A DNA stretch of 64,000 bases, taken from Patescibacteria group bacterium (lineage in GTDB: Bacteria > Patescibacteriota > Patescibacteriia > UBA2591 > UBA6264). A model generated the notes under the pieces. The model worked only from the letters and a program-made list of their open reading frames with translations, was not told where the DNA came from and did not search any database. How positions within the stretch are numbered: the first letter of the stretch is position 1; every line of letters starts with the position of its first letter. The position numbers and the translations under genes were made by a program. This document shows positions 62,801 to 64,000 of the stretch, piece after piece. The stretch is from positions 15,994-79,993 of the forward strand of contig JAIPGN010000001.1 in assembly GCA_021735685.1 (NCBI GenBank). The letters are read 5' to 3'.

Positions 62801-64000
62801 GTTCGTTGCGATCAATTAATTGGTGAGGCCAAGAACGCTCAATGTGGGCATGTTGTTTATGACCCTAATCCTCAAGTTTTAACGCCAGAACTTTATCAAG
62901 AAAGAAATGTTTCTTGGAAAGGGATGGATTATGTTGGTTATTCTCTTCTGGGCACTTATCCAGTAGAGAGGCTAACTCCCACAGAAAACGAGCTTAAATA
63001 TCAATTAACCTATTTTGATCAAGATGGTAATGATTTGGGGATTGATAATCAAGGAACAATATTAGATAAGTCTGTCCACGTTTATCCAGAAAAAGATTCT
63101 CCTTTTAAGAAAAATGCTGGTGAATATTATAATAAAGTTAATTTATGTAATAGTTCGGAAGAAGACGATGCCAGTTCTCTTTATCCAGATTGTCAGGGTG
63201 TTTACAAAAAAGTTGAATATGGGGATCAATATAGCGGGCAAACTAAATATTTTAATTTTGATGATAGTGGTGCAGCTGATCAAGGGGTTTGTAGAATGAG
63301 CGGTGAGGAATGCGGCGACGATGAGACTGATTGTATTACTGCAGGTGACGAATGTTTGCCTCCATTAAGAGTGACTGATGCAGTTGGTCTGCGTGGTTTT
63401 TGTTTAGAGCCAGATGAGTCTAAACCGGACGAGATTGATGCCTGCATTACTTGGTGGCCCGGAGCAGCTGTAGGAGACATGGACGTTTTTAATATGTATT
63501 ATTCAGCTGGTTATGTGCCTCCAGCAGCTACAAAATGGTATTGTGCTAGTGATGACAGTGGGGATGAATTGGGGATAGCTAGGCAAGCGTGTGATTATAA
63601 TTGTAAAAGAGGTTTTGGTGGTAGTTATTCTAAATATATTGGCTTGTCGGATAGTCAATCTGACTGGCGGGTTAATGGGAAAAGTGGTTGTGGGGGGGAT
63701 GATATTAATTCAGGAATTTTTAGATTAGGAGAGATTGAAAAAATAGAAGTTTATATTTTTGCAGACGATGGCACTAGCAGTGGTAGCTGCACAAGCCCTC
63801 ATTGTCAAGGTTATGTAACTCTTAACAAAGAAACTGGTTGGTGGAGGGGAATAAAGAATAATGATCAAGGTAGCTGTAACAAGGGGAATGGCGAAGGCTT
63901 GCCCACTTCTTTTCCTTCTAGTTTTCCCCTGAGTGCACCAGATGGAGGAGGGTCTACGTCGGTAAAGGCTTGCTTCAATGAGGCTTGTGATAGTTATGAT
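56843..64000 (+). CDS. giant secreted cysteine-rich surface protein (partial, over 2380 aa, continues beyond the window) with at least three CBM4/9-like beta-sandwich domains
   Basis: Open frame from ATG 56843 to the window end with no stop. An alternative start at 56894 is preceded by AAGGAG. Signal peptide MVFFLVVSFSFVPQKVQAQ. Dense Cys pairs (CxxC…C). Three segments with VNGSFE…/LNSGLEED…/FLNENSLAGWE… jelly-roll CBM-like signatures. Confidence 0.7.
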   Translation, partial: MIFKESGNAFKKGATLLMVFFLVVSFSFVPQKVQAQFIVTDIFKMGWDVAKKAWEHGGAIAYHNALSYVLQQMAKQTGEWLAEGGKGKKPLFWTDPKEFFEKAGDQVLGEFIDGMASSFLGQSLCDNLDYTVKFNILANLDPNYAQTKWAEEPECSFSQMKKNLEKMKISNMAEFSTELKEGKVDKQESMITTLIQGDSVLTSEQKIWLDGELDTCPEPGSCPEGEDYIVIWDSHYYEIANAGAAAYLHSYTQKFKDILEELKAISEGETEGQKQHDVLEGTAVRKFKDLQDKLAPDTGPELWGDGEVYSPGSNSRTGLKALNEVSAECVRNSQQICDNPDCVALCHIGGTNNCQSDESTCLDRLKRIKSYSNQLVEWASTIQDMTDRSIANWEAREAIPDLDPLTDAEFMFNPESNPIGIQMSLESKLFAQQTEAIEKSKFFRQLQGSMNAVTSKVSGLVKWPSTLVDEKTRDMVEASQGSIAETTGVAAADALNVLASTFLQQFMKRIMKGSLNPALDSGGVTVPSDPDAPPANKVISVLSGIEIVPLSQSSQEMTIYDEFTVCPSGTDQKHISQFNCLIDNKLSRAMEEKLTLAEAMERDFLSPSERLGVEGQSNSLLAESNLKKLRLLGIIPLGLEIAHKKIIEEQYSNGLPLSEVIAGFNQRGEDGICGTLDQGESPFCNLVDPNWVLRADSYLCELTGYSAIPGRDSVFRQESCLDFKTCISESEESCDTWSYCTRAKNVWRFDGDECDAQYSSCTSYVNQNNGKTYSYLANTLNFENCDSNNVGCQWYCSDWDPVYSGVENWSCAAPGWRKYNCNLGSPCETEAGCDCSCDGDNGCPSGIGSCLVAEGATYCTLEKPHPQNTIFFSSHVDDCKETEEGCSQYIRTTPGLGVNFLVNGSFELGVNSGGAPLGWSSNQEQLISKFNPEEGSIPNGNNVLRIQGEGGPYGIFLKQEVNNISPSSSNLIISGYYKDVDSSVSGDNKLRVKACYDSGCSDFDLKEKPIDLEENQWKYNVLTISLNKNKSIDHLVVEAIRNAVNNFSGILYLDSFQVRNESGNSSYREYGSHGNVYLKSAPQWMNCYDTDSSNDHADCVNFISLCSAEEVGCELYTSVSNQGDIQIPAIVQESDQCPSTCVGYETFEEIGSFFDPRVNRWVEMIPQTARKCLAPGCEAFTNLDFLAQGGEAEEYYTYLRQCVKVNQEGLAIIDSAGEEISPASNDTCQYYYTWIGEEESGYQLRSYYLEKDSNLGGPLQVSSSPNPSWGECDENNLDNPHCRQFYDDEGNVYYRFYKNTISCSQDCKPYRREIDDEIYMAIGTEGEVCRPQDLGCREYKGAAYGSMRNLFEDKFLNENSLAGWERVELSTESLDRFGYSLQANDTYVKKPASSYLKQGGVYSLKLWVKGGGNYRASLGSVDFLQGESQAVVSEEWQEIKFGTIYFNQELSGDENLIIYGPNEFYLDNISLNKVEDDLYLIKDSWDTPQICDLDADGNISPGYMVGCRAYQDRVKNYHYFKSFSRLCSSEAAGCEALINTYNSSSPFSEQFNSGSPDGDELTVLADATVYRIYDSEYSCAAEKKGCQKFGQPEFSEEEEVVGYQDVFLINDPDAYQLQSILCDFSGWGCQEYNGPVYFKDPGSKVCEYRENVSLYGETKNGWFKQGTNNPCYLESGLAYQPYGSVYGIRFNDDPLYDGWAGICPGGQDGCTQFIDPLAQNLILNSGLEEDVNEDGVPDHWDSYALPDSFDLQNNGCLSGQCWFVDTTSDTAAASQYIKINPGSTYELSAWVKAREGSTGSVKIYLAYVDQKPSGDWIDVVSVANDNDLQGKWEKLSVSLIAPLDAQYARVLVPYVSDLMEVHVDNISLIEKNSSKGSYYFINNDNLDRSSCAGMVGVKDGCILFNDTSLSGRLPYDSASTYALSQENNDLAVPVSNIPVGSGAEGDSNLILKVKRDRVCGEWLHCSGSYQVWDSSIDDYRQVCDSWVRCDQLIGEAKNAQCGHVVYDPNPQVLTPELYQERNVSWKGMDYVGYSLLGTYPVERLTPTENELKYQLTYFDQDGNDLGIDNQGTILDKSVHVYPEKDSPFKKNAGEYYNKVNLCNSSEEDDASSLYPDCQGVYKKVEYGDQYSGQTKYFNFDDSGAADQGVCRMSGEECGDDETDCITAGDECLPPLRVTDAVGLRGFCLEPDESKPDEIDACITWWPGAAVGDMDVFNMYYSAGYVPPAATKWYCASDDSGDELGIARQACDYNCKRGFGGSYSKYIGLSDSQSDWRVNGKSGCGGDDINSGIFRLGEIEKIEVYIFADDGTSSGSCTSPHCQGYVTLNKETGWWRGIKNNDQGSCNKGNGEGLPTSFPSSFPLSAPDGGGSTSVKACFNEACDSYD

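Overview
This window reads as an AT-rich, gene-dense bacterial chromosome segment with standard genetic code (TGA is a stop) and short intergenic spacers. It looks like a reduced-genome, Patescibacteria/CPR-like organism, and almost no gene has a Shine-Dalgarno motif. From about 1 to 42 kb it is mostly housekeeping. This part holds cmk, rluA-family, cca, dcd, an unlinked 16S rRNA with tRNA-Ile, the rpsP-KH-trmD operon, rmlA/rmlD, infB, gyrA, serS, the rpsF-ssb-rpsR operon, efp, pilT, hup, dnaN, ftsH, rpsA, lspA, mltG and rmlC/rmlB. Six tRNA genes are present. From about 42 to 64 kb the region is cell-envelope and accessory. It holds a C39-like peptidase, PBP1A, an orphan solute-binding protein, five tandem paralogous small two-helix membrane proteins resembling conjugative (VirB2/TrbC/TraA-type) pilins, YebC, RuvC, a LysM-CHAP hydrolase, leuS and rsmA. 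It ends with a small TSP3-repeat membrane protein followed by a secreted, cysteine-rich giant ORF of more than 2380 codons that runs off the window end. Other unusual items are a roughly 100-nt repeat family in four copies, one fused to the 3' end of ruvC. There are partial 5'-half copies of tRNA-Val and tRNA-Ile sitting just upstream of the intact genes, with a shared flanking motif. The 16S anti-SD is variant (CCUCA), a GT4 glycosyltransferase is frameshifted, and there are protease-gene internal tandem repeats.
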